From contig CAMBTZ010000001.1 in the NCBI GenBank assembly GCA_945870925.1, forward strand, positions 6,448-30,447: 24,000 nt of DNA, read 5' to 3'. The stretch comes from Chlamydia trachomatis. GTDB taxonomy: Bacteria > Chlamydiota > Chlamydiia > Chlamydiales > 2-12-FULL-49-11. Shown here piece by piece: positions 14,069-22,695 of the stretch. Both the position numbers and the translations under genes were made by a program. Within the stretch, counting starts at the first letter, position 1; every line of letters starts with the position of its first letter. The notes under the pieces were generated by a model. It worked only from the letters and a program-made list of their open reading frames with translations. It did no database searches and was not told the origin of the DNA.

Positions 14069-15637
14069 ATGACCGCCACAGCTACAACCGGCCCCGAATT
14101 CGGAAGGTTGCGAAGATTGTTTTGGCCTATTCATAGGTTTGAATTTAAAAAATTTCTACCTATGTTTCTAATTTATTCACTTATTGTTTTTAATTATAGT
14201 CTTTTAAGAGCTGCTAAAGATTCCCTTTTAATTACAGCACCTCAATCCGGCGCAATGGTCATACCTTATATTAAAGTATGGCTTATCCTACCGATGGCAT
14301 TTTTAAGTACTCTGCTTTTTACGAGACTTTCAAATAAATATAATCGTGAAAAAGTTTTTTACATCATGATGTCCACCTTTATTATTTTCTTTTTTATTTT
14401 TGGTTTTGTCCTCTATCCTCTACAAGATTATCTACATCCTCACGCATTTGCTGACAAACTTCAGAGAATGCTTCCAGTTGGAATGCAAGGTCTTGTGGCA
14501 ATATTTCGAAACTGGACCTTCTCATTATTTTATGTAATGAGCGAGCTCTGGGGGACAATCATCATGACTGTTCTATTCTGGGGATTTACTAATGAAGTTA
14601 CCTCAGTAAAAGAGGCAAAACGTTTTTATGCAATTTTAGGAGTAGGCGCTAATTTAGCAACTATTTGTGCAGGTTTTATAGGGATCTTTTTATCAAGTGA
14701 ACTTTTACACTCACAAATTTTAGTAGGCGGAGATAGATGGGGCCAAAGCTTAATGGCTATTACAGCTGTCATAGTTGTAATGGGTCTTGTAATATTAGTT
14801 CTCTATCGCTGGCTAACTCATTCAACGTTTCAAAAAGAAATTGTCGAAAGCAGCCCTCTAGGACATAAAGAGCCAAATCCAATAAAAATGGGAATGCGAA
14901 AAAACTTTTCCTATCTTGCAAAATCTAAATATTTAATTTGCATTGCGGTAATTGTCCTTACATACAACCTCTCATTAAATATTGTAGAAGTTGTCTGGAA
15001 GGATCAAGTTCATCACCTCTGTCCTTATGCAGCCGACTATAATATATATATGGATAAAGTACTTATTTATATCGGTATCACTTCAACAATATTTTCTTTT
15101 TTCATTTGCGGCCAAGTAATTAGACGCTTTGGATGGACAACAGGAGCCTATTTAACCCCTATAATTCTTTTTGTTACAGGCATGTTATTTTTTATAACCC
15201 TACTTTGTAAAGACCACTCTATAGTCACTTCTGTAGGACTGTTCTTTGGAGCAACCCCGCTAGCTCTCTGTGCATTTTTAGGAGCTATTCAAAACGTCCT
15301 ATCTAGAGCGAGTAAATTCACATTCTTTGATGTCACAAAAGAGATTGCCTTTATTCCACTTAGTGCAGAAAGTAAATTGAAGGGGAAAGCGGCAATTGAT
15401 GGCGTAGGCTCAAGGCTTGGAAAATCGGGAGGATCGGTCTTTCACCAATCTCTTCTTATGTTTTTTGGAACAATCGCTATGAGTACACCGTTTGTAGCTA
15501 TCATTTTAGCACTTATTTTTGGCGCTTGGATGTGGGCAGTCCGTGCTTTAGGCTTTCAATTCGCAGAGTTGTCTCCTGAATCGGAAGCTGAACAGGCCCC
15601 TATAAAAAGGGCGGAACCTGCAACACAGGGAGTCTAA
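14069..15637 (+). CDS. ntt: Nucleotide transporter of the TLC/NTT family (ATP/ADP translocase-like)
   Basis: ...FWPIHRFEFKKFLPMFLIYSLIVFNYSLLRAAKDSLLIT..., ...WTFSLFYVMSELWG..., ...FTNEV... and ...AFIPLS...KGKAAIDGVGSRLGKSGG are hallmark NTT motifs. About 12 TM segments, 522 aa. Substrate specificity cannot be read from the sequence. Confidence 0.9.
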   Translation: MTATATTGPEFGRLRRLFWPIHRFEFKKFLPMFLIYSLIVFNYSLLRAAKDSLLITAPQSGAMVIPYIKVWLILPMAFLSTLLFTRLSNKYNREKVFYIMMSTFIIFFFIFGFVLYPLQDYLHPHAFADKLQRMLPVGMQGLVAIFRNWTFSLFYVMSELWGTIIMTVLFWGFTNEVTSVKEAKRFYAILGVGANLATICAGFIGIFLSSELLHSQILVGGDRWGQSLMAITAVIVVMGLVILVLYRWLTHSTFQKEIVESSPLGHKEPNPIKMGMRKNFSYLAKSKYLICIAVIVLTYNLSLNIVEVVWKDQVHHLCPYAADYNIYMDKVLIYIGITSTIFSFFICGQVIRRFGWTTGAYLTPIILFVTGMLFFITLLCKDHSIVTSVGLFFGATPLALCAFLGAIQNVLSRASKFTFFDVTKEIAFIPLSAESKLKGKAAIDGVGSRLGKSGGSVFHQSLLMFFGTIAMSTPFVAIILALIFGAWMWAVRALGFQFAELSPESEAEQAPIKRAEPATQGV

Positions 15638-15640
15638 ACC

Positions 15641-16231
15641 ATGGCGTTAGATCCTAGAATTTTAGTTGATAAATGGGGCTCTTTTGCCCCATGGATTATT
15701 TTTTCACTTACTCTATTAGCTGGCCTGAGTCTCCCAATCAGCATAGATATTCTAATCACACTTACAGCACTGCTCGCTGCAAATTATCTTCCAGAAAAAG
15801 CGTACCTTCTTTTTTCTCTATTTACTATCGGCTGCATCTTTTCAGCCTGGATTTCCTACAGCATAGGACGCTTTTTTGGAAGATTCATCAAACCAGAAAA
15901 AACTGAAAAAGTTGCCGCTTTCTACAAAAAATTTGGGTTTTTAGCCTTCTTTATCTGTAGATTCATCCCTTTTGGCGTTCGAAATGCCTTCTTTATGTCC
16001 TCAGGTGCATCAAAAGTCTCCTTCCGCAAATTCGCTCTTTTCGACTCCCTTGCCTGCGCAATTTGGTCGACCATTTTTTTTACTACAATCTATAAACTTG
16101 GTCAAAACTTTGATTCAGTTCTCACTCACCTTAAACACCTTAATATAGTTATTTTCAGCTTATTTGCAATTGGAGTTATATCCTTTTTTATCTACCGATT
16201 CTACAAGCAACGCAAATCATCCCAAAACTAA
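15641..16231 (+). CDS. DedA/VTT-family inner-membrane protein
   Basis: 196 aa and polytopic, with ...YSIGRFFGRFI... and ...FICRFIPFGVRNAFFMSSGASKV... resembling the DedA signature. It starts 3 nt after the ntt stop. Confidence 0.7.
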   Translation: MALDPRILVDKWGSFAPWIIFSLTLLAGLSLPISIDILITLTALLAANYLPEKAYLLFSLFTIGCIFSAWISYSIGRFFGRFIKPEKTEKVAAFYKKFGFLAFFICRFIPFGVRNAFFMSSGASKVSFRKFALFDSLACAIWSTIFFTTIYKLGQNFDSVLTHLKHLNIVIFSLFAIGVISFFIYRFYKQRKSSQN

Positions 16232-16292
16232 TTAGATTAGTGCTTCTTATCTGCTCTGGTGAAAATTGATCCAATTTGATATAAGAGTGGAG

Positions 16293-16802
16293 ATGTTTAC
16301 ATTATCAAATGTACTGTCCTTAGTACGAGGGCCTCTAGCTTTTCTTTTTTTGATCAATCGGATCGATGTCAGAGCCGGAGTAATTATAGCAGCGGTTTTA
16401 ACTGATTGCATTGATGGCTATCTTGCAAGACGCTATAAATATGCAACTAGGCTCGGAGCAATTTTAGATCCTGTAATGGATAAATTTTTTGTCCTTTTTG
16501 TCCTCTCCATTTTGTTTTATGAACGAACGTTAAATGGCTGGGAAGTTGTTGCTATGCTATCTAGGGATATGGTTCTATTTGTTTTCTCCCTCTATCTCTT
16601 ACTTAAAAATGAGTGGAAAACCTATAATTACCGCTCGTTATTGTGGGGAAAAGTATCAACTTCACTACAATTTATTGTCCTTTTCTTCCTGGCACTCAAC
16701 ATTCATTTCACCTACATCCTCTTTTTTCTATTTGTTGCCTTAGGCATCTGTGTATCTTTTGAATTATTTTTCACCTTGAAAACCAATCCCGAAAAGGGTT
16801 AA
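16293..16802 (+). CDS. pgsA: CDP-alcohol phosphatidyltransferase (PgsA-like)
   Basis: DCIDGYLARRYKYATRLGAILDPVMD fits D-x2-D-G-x2-A-R-x8-G-x3-D-x3-D exactly. I prefer ATG 16293 (MFTLSNVLSLVRGPLAF, the usual family N-terminus) over the listed TTG 16266. Confidence 0.8.
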   Translation: MFTLSNVLSLVRGPLAFLFLINRIDVRAGVIIAAVLTDCIDGYLARRYKYATRLGAILDPVMDKFFVLFVLSILFYERTLNGWEVVAMLSRDMVLFVFSLYLLLKNEWKTYNYRSLLWGKVSTSLQFIVLFFLALNIHFTYILFFLFVALGICVSFELFFTLKTNPEKG

Positions 16803-16835
16803 CTTTAATTTTTATTTTTACTAAAGGTCCGTGTT

Positions 16836-17903
16836 ATGCAATTTGTAAGAGAATCTATCTTTGTTTCTGCTATCAGATCCTTCTTTAACACTTTTTTAGC
16901 TGTTCTTGGCGTAATTGTTGCATTTGCAATTTTTGCTATAATGGCTGGTTTTTTCTCTTCTCCTTACAGAACAGAGGCTGAATTAATTGAGATGCAAATC
17001 TTACCTGATGCTCTTGGTGAAACTACTGTACTTCCTGAAACTTCGCCTGTTATCTTGCAAATTGATCTAACGGGAGTTATCGGAGAAATGCACATCAATG
17101 GTAGCAGCATAGAAAGTTTTCTTCGTATTTCTAGGAAGGGCGTTTTAAAAAATAACCGCGTTAAAGCTGTTCTTCTCTACATAGATTCTCCTGGCGGAGG
17201 AGCTATTGACAGCGATCTAATTTATCAAGCTGTTACCCACTATAAAACAACCTATAATGTTCCTGTATACGCTTATACACCTGGTCTTTGCGCATCAGGC
17301 GGCTACATGATTGCTTGCGCTTCCGATAAAATTTACGCAAGCCCTTCTTCTATTGTTGGCTCTGTTGGAGCAAAGTGGGGACTTGGCTTTAATTTTTGGC
17401 AATTTATGCAAACTCATGGAATTGATTCTGTAACTATTGCCGAAGGCCTTTATAAAGAGAAATATCCTGCCTTTACAAAAGCTGATGTGGGAACCACATC
17501 TTATAACGATCTAATTGCAATTGTTCAGGAAGGATATATACAATTTGTCGACCTTGTTGCAAAATCACGTGAGGCCAAAGGGCTTACAGCTGACCTTTTA
17601 AAAACAACTTATGGCGCTCAAGTCTATACTGGTCCTACCGGAGAGAAACGAGGGTATGTCGACAATGGTAATGCATACTATCTAGAAGCATTAACAGATC
17701 TTGTAAAAGAAGCCCAACTTGATACAGCTCCTTATCAAGTTGTTAAATTTAGTTATAAACATTCACCTCTCCAAGAACTTGTTTCTAATAAATTCTCAAT
17801 ATGGATTGAAGAAGCAGAGAGCATGCTGCTTGGAATTAAGACTCAAGGAAAACTCCATAACTCCCTCCTTTATTACTATGACTCACAAGACAGAATCAAA
17901 TAA
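16836..17903 (+). CDS. sppA: Signal peptide peptidase SppA (S49 family, 36K type)
   Basis: An N-terminal TM helix is followed by ...LLYIDSPGGGAIDSD..., ...LCASGGYMIACASDKIYASPSSIVGSVG. Confidence 0.85.
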   Translation: MQFVRESIFVSAIRSFFNTFLAVLGVIVAFAIFAIMAGFFSSPYRTEAELIEMQILPDALGETTVLPETSPVILQIDLTGVIGEMHINGSSIESFLRISRKGVLKNNRVKAVLLYIDSPGGGAIDSDLIYQAVTHYKTTYNVPVYAYTPGLCASGGYMIACASDKIYASPSSIVGSVGAKWGLGFNFWQFMQTHGIDSVTIAEGLYKEKYPAFTKADVGTTSYNDLIAIVQEGYIQFVDLVAKSREAKGLTADLLKTTYGAQVYTGPTGEKRGYVDNGNAYYLEALTDLVKEAQLDTAPYQVVKFSYKHSPLQELVSNKFSIWIEEAESMLLGIKTQGKLHNSLLYYYDSQDRIK

Positions 17904-20562
17904 CAGACTTTTTGTAATCGATGCGGCAAACTACCTCTTCAGAGCCTATTTTGCCATTCGAAAAATGACAAATCACAATGGAGCATCGACACATGCTCTC
18001 TTTGGTTTTATCCGGTCTATTCAAAAGTTAATTAAAGACTTTCACCCAACTCATCTTGTCTGCGTCTTTGACGGACCGAACAACAAAAAGAGTCGAAAAG
18101 AGATCTATAGCGACTATAAGGCTCATAGAACGGGGATGCCCGAAGATTTATATCCTCAACTAGACCTTGCCAAGACATATCTAGATTTTGCCGGAATCTC
18201 ACATCTTCAAGTTGAAGATGTAGAGGCTGATGATACAATTGGTTCAATTGCTAAATGGAGTGAGAAAGAAAATTTAACCACCTATCTTTGCTCAAGCGAT
18301 AAAGATCTCTGCCAACTTGTAAATGACAAAGTTTTTGTCCTCAATACATTTAAAGAGAACCTCATTATTGATCGAAAAGGTGTTGAAGAGATCTATGGAA
18401 TTGAACCTGAACAAATTGTTGACTATCTTGCTATTATGGGAGATGCCTCTGATAACATTCCGGGAGTTTCCGGTTGTGGGCCAAAAACTGCCACGGAACT
18501 GTTAAAAAAATTCAAGACTCTGAACGCAATTTTAGAAAAACCTGAAATATTAGAGAGCAAAAAGCTAATTGAAAAATTTGCTCTAGAGCGAGAAAATGCC
18601 ATAATTAGCCAAAAGCTCGCTCAAATCCAAACTTCTGTACCCATTCCATATGATATCCCCTTTTATGAAATTAAGCAGCCAAATCTTCCTAAGCTTCAAG
18701 GACTATTTCAAGAGATGGACTTTCAAATCCTTTTAAAAGACCTTGTCGCAATGTCACCTGCTCCTTTACCTACAGAGGTAAAGAAAAATCCTTATATACT
18801 GATAGAGGACGAAGAGAGTTTAAAAAAACTCATCGATAAGCTCTTCTCAGAAAAAGAGATTGTAATCGATACTGAGACTACATCAATAATCCCTATGCAA
18901 GCAAAAATTGTTGGGATAGGCCTTGCTGCAGAAAAAGACGAAATTTACTACATTCCACTAAATGGCAAAATTGATTCGGCAACCGTTCTCCTTCTTCTAA
19001 AGCCGCTCCTTGAAAACCCAAATATTGCCTTTATAGGACATAATATCAAATACGATATGCATGTTCTTTTAAATCACAAAATTACCCTTCGAAATATCGG
19101 CTTTGACACTATGGTTGCCTCTTATTTATTAAATGCTCATAGCAACAGGCACAATCTTGACCTACTCACCCTAGAAAAATTTGGTCATGAAAAAATTCCA
19201 ATTGAGAATCTAATTGGAAAAAAGGGACAAATTTCTATGATGGATCTGGCTCCGAGAATGGTTGCAGACTATTGCGGAGAAGATGTTGATTATACCTTAA
19301 GGCTTAAAGAAGTATTTGAAAAAGAGCTCCATGAACGCTCTTTATGGAAACTATTTAGTGAGATGGAAATGCCTCTCCTTCCGATCTTATTTAGAATGGA
19401 AAGACATGGCATCTATGTTGATACAGAAGTTTTATCAAAGCTTTCCTCTGAATTTCATACCAATTTAGATGCGCTTGAAAAAAAAATAACTAATTTTGTA
19501 GGTGAAGAATTTAATATCAATTCCCCTAAGCAATTAGCCACAATCCTATTTGAAAAACTGCAGATTCCACCTCCTGGAAAAAAGACTCTCACAGGCTTTT
19601 CAACAAATGCCGAAGTTCTAGAAACACTAAGTGGTGATTATCCAATTGTTGATTTAATATTAGAATACAGAACCTTAGAAAAGCTCAGATCAACCTATAT
19701 TGATGCTCTTCCCGAGCAGATTAACCCCGAAACTAAACGGATACATACTACTTTTAATCAATCAGGAACAGCGACAGGAAGACTTTCATCAACAAATCCG
19801 AACTTGCAAAACATTCCTATTAGAAGACCTGAGGGGAAAAAAATCAGAGAGGCTTTTAAATCAGCTCCGGGTCACAGTTTTATTTCAGCTGACTATTCTC
19901 AAATAGAACTCCGTCTTCTTGCTCACCTATGCGAAGATCCACATCTTATACAAGCTTTTAAAGATAATGAAGACATTCATAAATCGTGTGCTGCGATGGT
20001 CTTTGGCATTCCGCTTGAAGAAGTTACAAACGAAATGCGCTCTAAGGCAAAAGCTGTTAATTTTGGCCTTATTTATGGGCAGCAAGCATTCGGTTTATCA
20101 AAACAACTTGGCATAAGCGTAAAAGAGGCGGCCTCTTTTATTGAGATCTATTTTAAAATGTATCCTACTGTAAAAGGATTTTTAGAAAAGTGTAAGGAGA
20201 ATGCAAGGCAAGAAGGGAAAGCTAAGACTATGTTCGGTAGAGAACGTCTTTTACCTGATATTTTAAGCAAAAATGGAATGCTTAGATCACAAGCTGAAAG
20301 ACTTGCTGTAAATGCACCTATTCAAGGGAGTCAGGCCGATATTATTAAACTTGCGATGATTGAAATTGACAAAAAATTTCTTAAAACAACAGGTAAAGAT
20401 TTTTTAGTTCTTCAAATTCATGATGAACTTATTTTTGAATGTCCTGATAATGATCTTTCTTCCTCAGCGAAAATTATTTCAAATGTGATGGAGGAGATAA
20501 CCCCTCTGAAAGTCCCCCTTCGCGTAGATATTTCCTTTGGAAAAAATTGGGGAGAGTGTTAA
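17878..20562 (+). CDS. polA: DNA polymerase I (5' nuclease + 3'-5' exonuclease + polymerase domains)
   Basis: The true start is ATG 17878 (MTHKTESNNRLFVIDAANYLFRAYFA). Exo motifs IDTETTS, GHNIKYDMHVL and YCGEDVDYTLRL are present. Polymerase motifs are A DYSQIELRLLAH, B RSKAKAVNFGLIYG and C QIHDELIFE. It overlaps the sppA 3' end by 26 nt. Confidence 0.95.
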   Translation: MTHKTESNNRLFVIDAANYLFRAYFAIRKMTNHNGASTHALFGFIRSIQKLIKDFHPTHLVCVFDGPNNKKSRKEIYSDYKAHRTGMPEDLYPQLDLAKTYLDFAGISHLQVEDVEADDTIGSIAKWSEKENLTTYLCSSDKDLCQLVNDKVFVLNTFKENLIIDRKGVEEIYGIEPEQIVDYLAIMGDASDNIPGVSGCGPKTATELLKKFKTLNAILEKPEILESKKLIEKFALERENAIISQKLAQIQTSVPIPYDIPFYEIKQPNLPKLQGLFQEMDFQILLKDLVAMSPAPLPTEVKKNPYILIEDEESLKKLIDKLFSEKEIVIDTETTSIIPMQAKIVGIGLAAEKDEIYYIPLNGKIDSATVLLLLKPLLENPNIAFIGHNIKYDMHVLLNHKITLRNIGFDTMVASYLLNAHSNRHNLDLLTLEKFGHEKIPIENLIGKKGQISMMDLAPRMVADYCGEDVDYTLRLKEVFEKELHERSLWKLFSEMEMPLLPILFRMERHGIYVDTEVLSKLSSEFHTNLDALEKKITNFVGEEFNINSPKQLATILFEKLQIPPPGKKTLTGFSTNAEVLETLSGDYPIVDLILEYRTLEKLRSTYIDALPEQINPETKRIHTTFNQSGTATGRLSSTNPNLQNIPIRRPEGKKIREAFKSAPGHSFISADYSQIELRLLAHLCEDPHLIQAFKDNEDIHKSCAAMVFGIPLEEVTNEMRSKAKAVNFGLIYGQQAFGLSKQLGISVKEAASFIEIYFKMYPTVKGFLEKCKENARQEGKAKTMFGRERLLPDILSKNGMLRSQAERLAVNAPIQGSQADIIKLAMIEIDKKFLKTTGKDFLVLQIHDELIFECPDNDLSSSAKIISNVMEEITPLKVPLRVDISFGKNWGEC

Positions 20563-21139
20563 AATAAAGAAAATTGCAATTACTGGTAGTTTATCTGCGG
20601 GCAAAAGCACAGTAGCTGAGTTATTAAAGCCTCTCGGCGCTTATGTTCTCAAAGCAGATGATATTGTTCACAGCCTTCTTTCACAAGATGTTATAATAAT
20701 CCAAAAGATCAAAGAAGTGTTTGGTAATGATGTTATCTCTGAAACGAAAGTTGATAGAAAATTGTTAGCAGATCAAGTTTTTGCAAATTCTGAAAAATTA
20801 AAATCATTAGAGGCTATACTGCATCCAATAGTTGTAGAGACAGTTCGTAACACCTACGCACTCATGAAAGATAGCGCTGATTATAAAGCTTTCGTGGTTG
20901 AATTCCCCCTTTTATTTGAAATTGGTTTTGATGATTGGTTTGACCAAATTATATATGTGACTGCAGAAAATGGGATACGCCTGAAAAGATTTATTGAAAA
21001 AGGGTTTAGTGAAGAACAATTTAAACTACGACAAAATCGACTTATTCCTGATTTAGAAAAAATTTCAAGAGCTCATACAATTATAGAAAATAACGGTTCT
21101 CTTAAGAACCTAAACAACCAGCTAACAAACCTTCTTTAA
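20537..21139 (+). CDS. coaE: Dephospho-CoA kinase
   Basis: [14 protein letters not shown] is a P-loop near the N-terminus. About 200 aa, with ...LHPIV... and ...VVEFPLLFE... typical of CoaE. The TTG start at 20537 is the only canonical in-frame start before the P-loop, and it overlaps polA by 26 nt. Confidence 0.85.
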   Translation: MEKIGESVKIKKIAITGSLSAGKSTVAELLKPLGAYVLKADDIVHSLLSQDVIIIQKIKEVFGNDVISETKVDRKLLADQVFANSEKLKSLEAILHPIVVETVRNTYALMKDSADYKAFVVEFPLLFEIGFDDWFDQIIYVTAENGIRLKRFIEKGFSEEQFKLRQNRLIPDLEKISRAHTIIENNGSLKNLNNQLTNLL

Positions 21140-21146
21140 GGATATT

Positions 21147-22676
21147 ATGAACCAAGACAGCCCAAGTAACCCGGATACAAAACAAGAGAAACCTATGCCT
21201 ATACTTACTACTACCCCGCCTCTTCAAGAAAGAACAGAAGCTCCGAAACCTCGCTATAATAAACCTCAATACTCTAAACCTCACTATACAAATAACAGAA
21301 GAAAGGATACTCACCACAGCGCACCAAGACATGATTCTTCTTCAGCTGTAGGTCAGGGCGATTTCCAAGATATGGATGATGCTGAAAATGACCAAACTCC
21401 TATTCGTACAGGCGAGGTCTCAATTACAAAGATTGCAGAGCTCCAAAGAATGAATATCGACCAATTATCTAAATATGCTCATAACACAGGCATTGTCAAT
21501 GTAGGCTCCCTATCAAGATCTCAAATTGTTTTTGAAATAGTTAAACAAAAGAGCTCTTCACCCAATGAGATTCTTGTTGGCGAAGGGACTCTAGAAGTTC
21601 TTCCTGATGGTTTTGGATTTTTACGCTCCCCTAACTATAATTATCTTCCTTCTGCAGAAGACATTTATGTCTCTCCCGCTCAAATTCGTCGCTTTGGTCT
21701 GAAGAAAGGTGATGAGCTTTATGGTGAACTTAGATCTCCTAAAGAAAAGGAAAAATATTTCGCACTTCAAAAAGTTGAAAAGATCAATGGCGTAACTCCC
21801 GCTGAAATGAAAGAGCGTATCTCTTTTGACAATTTAACACCTCTCCATCCTAACAAGAGAATGCTTATGGAGACGGCAAAAGATAATTATTCAACACGAA
21901 TTTTAGATCTTATTACACCAATCGGAAAAGGCCAGAGAGCACTAATTGTAGCACCTCCAAAAGCTGGTAAAACCATTCTTCTACAAAACATTATTCACTC
22001 AATTTCGTGTAATGAGAAGAATGTAAAATTAATTGTCCTTCTTATCGATGAGCGTCCAGAAGAAGTAACCGATATGCAGCGTCTTGTAAAGGGAGAAGTT
22101 ATTTCATCTACATTTGATGAGCCTCCTGAAAGACATTGTCAAGTTGCAGAAATGTGTATTGAAAAAGCAAAAAGACTTGTTGAACAAGGACAAGATGTAG
22201 TTATTATTCTTGACTCTATCACAAGACTTGCTAGAGCTTATAACACAGTTCAGCCTCATTCGGGCCGTATTTTATCAGGCGGTGTCGATGCTAATGCACT
22301 TCACAAGCCTAAGAGGTTTTTTGGTGCTGCTAGAAATTTAGAAGAGGGTGGATCACTAACAATTATCGCATCAGCTCTAATTGATACCGGTTCAAAAATG
22401 GATGAAGTTATCTATGAAGAGTTTAAAGGAACAGGCAACATGGAACTTGTCCTTGATAGACGCTTAGCCGATAGAAGAACATTCCCGGCAATCGATCTTA
22501 TTAAGAGCGGAACTCGAAAAGAAGAACTTCTCTACCATCAAGCTGAATTAGAAAAAATATACGTATTAAGACAAGCGGTGGCAGACCTCTCTCCTATTGA
22601 CGCTATGAATCTTTTGCTCGCAAGACTTAAAAAGACCAATAGCAATACCGAGTTTTTGCTTTCCATGAAAGATTGA
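21147..22676 (+). CDS. rho: Transcription termination factor Rho with a ~90-aa N-terminal low-complexity extension
   Basis: Walker [10 protein letters not shown] and Walker [11 protein letters not shown] are present, with ...[10 protein letters not shown]..., ...[38 protein letters not shown]. The N-terminal bundle begins near [19 protein letters not shown] (about residue 93). AAGGA lies 4 nt upstream of ATG 21147. Confidence 0.93.
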   Translation: MNQDSPSNPDTKQEKPMPILTTTPPLQERTEAPKPRYNKPQYSKPHYTNNRRKDTHHSAPRHDSSSAVGQGDFQDMDDAENDQTPIRTGEVSITKIAELQRMNIDQLSKYAHNTGIVNVGSLSRSQIVFEIVKQKSSSPNEILVGEGTLEVLPDGFGFLRSPNYNYLPSAEDIYVSPAQIRRFGLKKGDELYGELRSPKEKEKYFALQKVEKINGVTPAEMKERISFDNLTPLHPNKRMLMETAKDNYSTRILDLITPIGKGQRALIVAPPKAGKTILLQNIIHSISCNEKNVKLIVLLIDERPEEVTDMQRLVKGEVISSTFDEPPERHCQVAEMCIEKAKRLVEQGQDVVIILDSITRLARAYNTVQPHSGRILSGGVDANALHKPKRFFGAARNLEEGGSLTIIASALIDTGSKMDEVIYEEFKGTGNMELVLDRRLADRRTFPAIDLIKSGTRKEELLYHQAELEKIYVLRQAVADLSPIDAMNLLLARLKKTNSNTEFLLSMKD

Positions 22677-22695
22677 TTTGCCTATCTTTAGAGGG

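Noticed and set aside
17719-17877. Upstream extension of the polA ORF (listed start 17719)
   Set aside because: The extra 53 residues overlap the sppA coding sequence out of frame and look like noise. The conserved Pol I N-terminus (LFVIDAANYLFRAYFA) follows immediately after ATG 17878.
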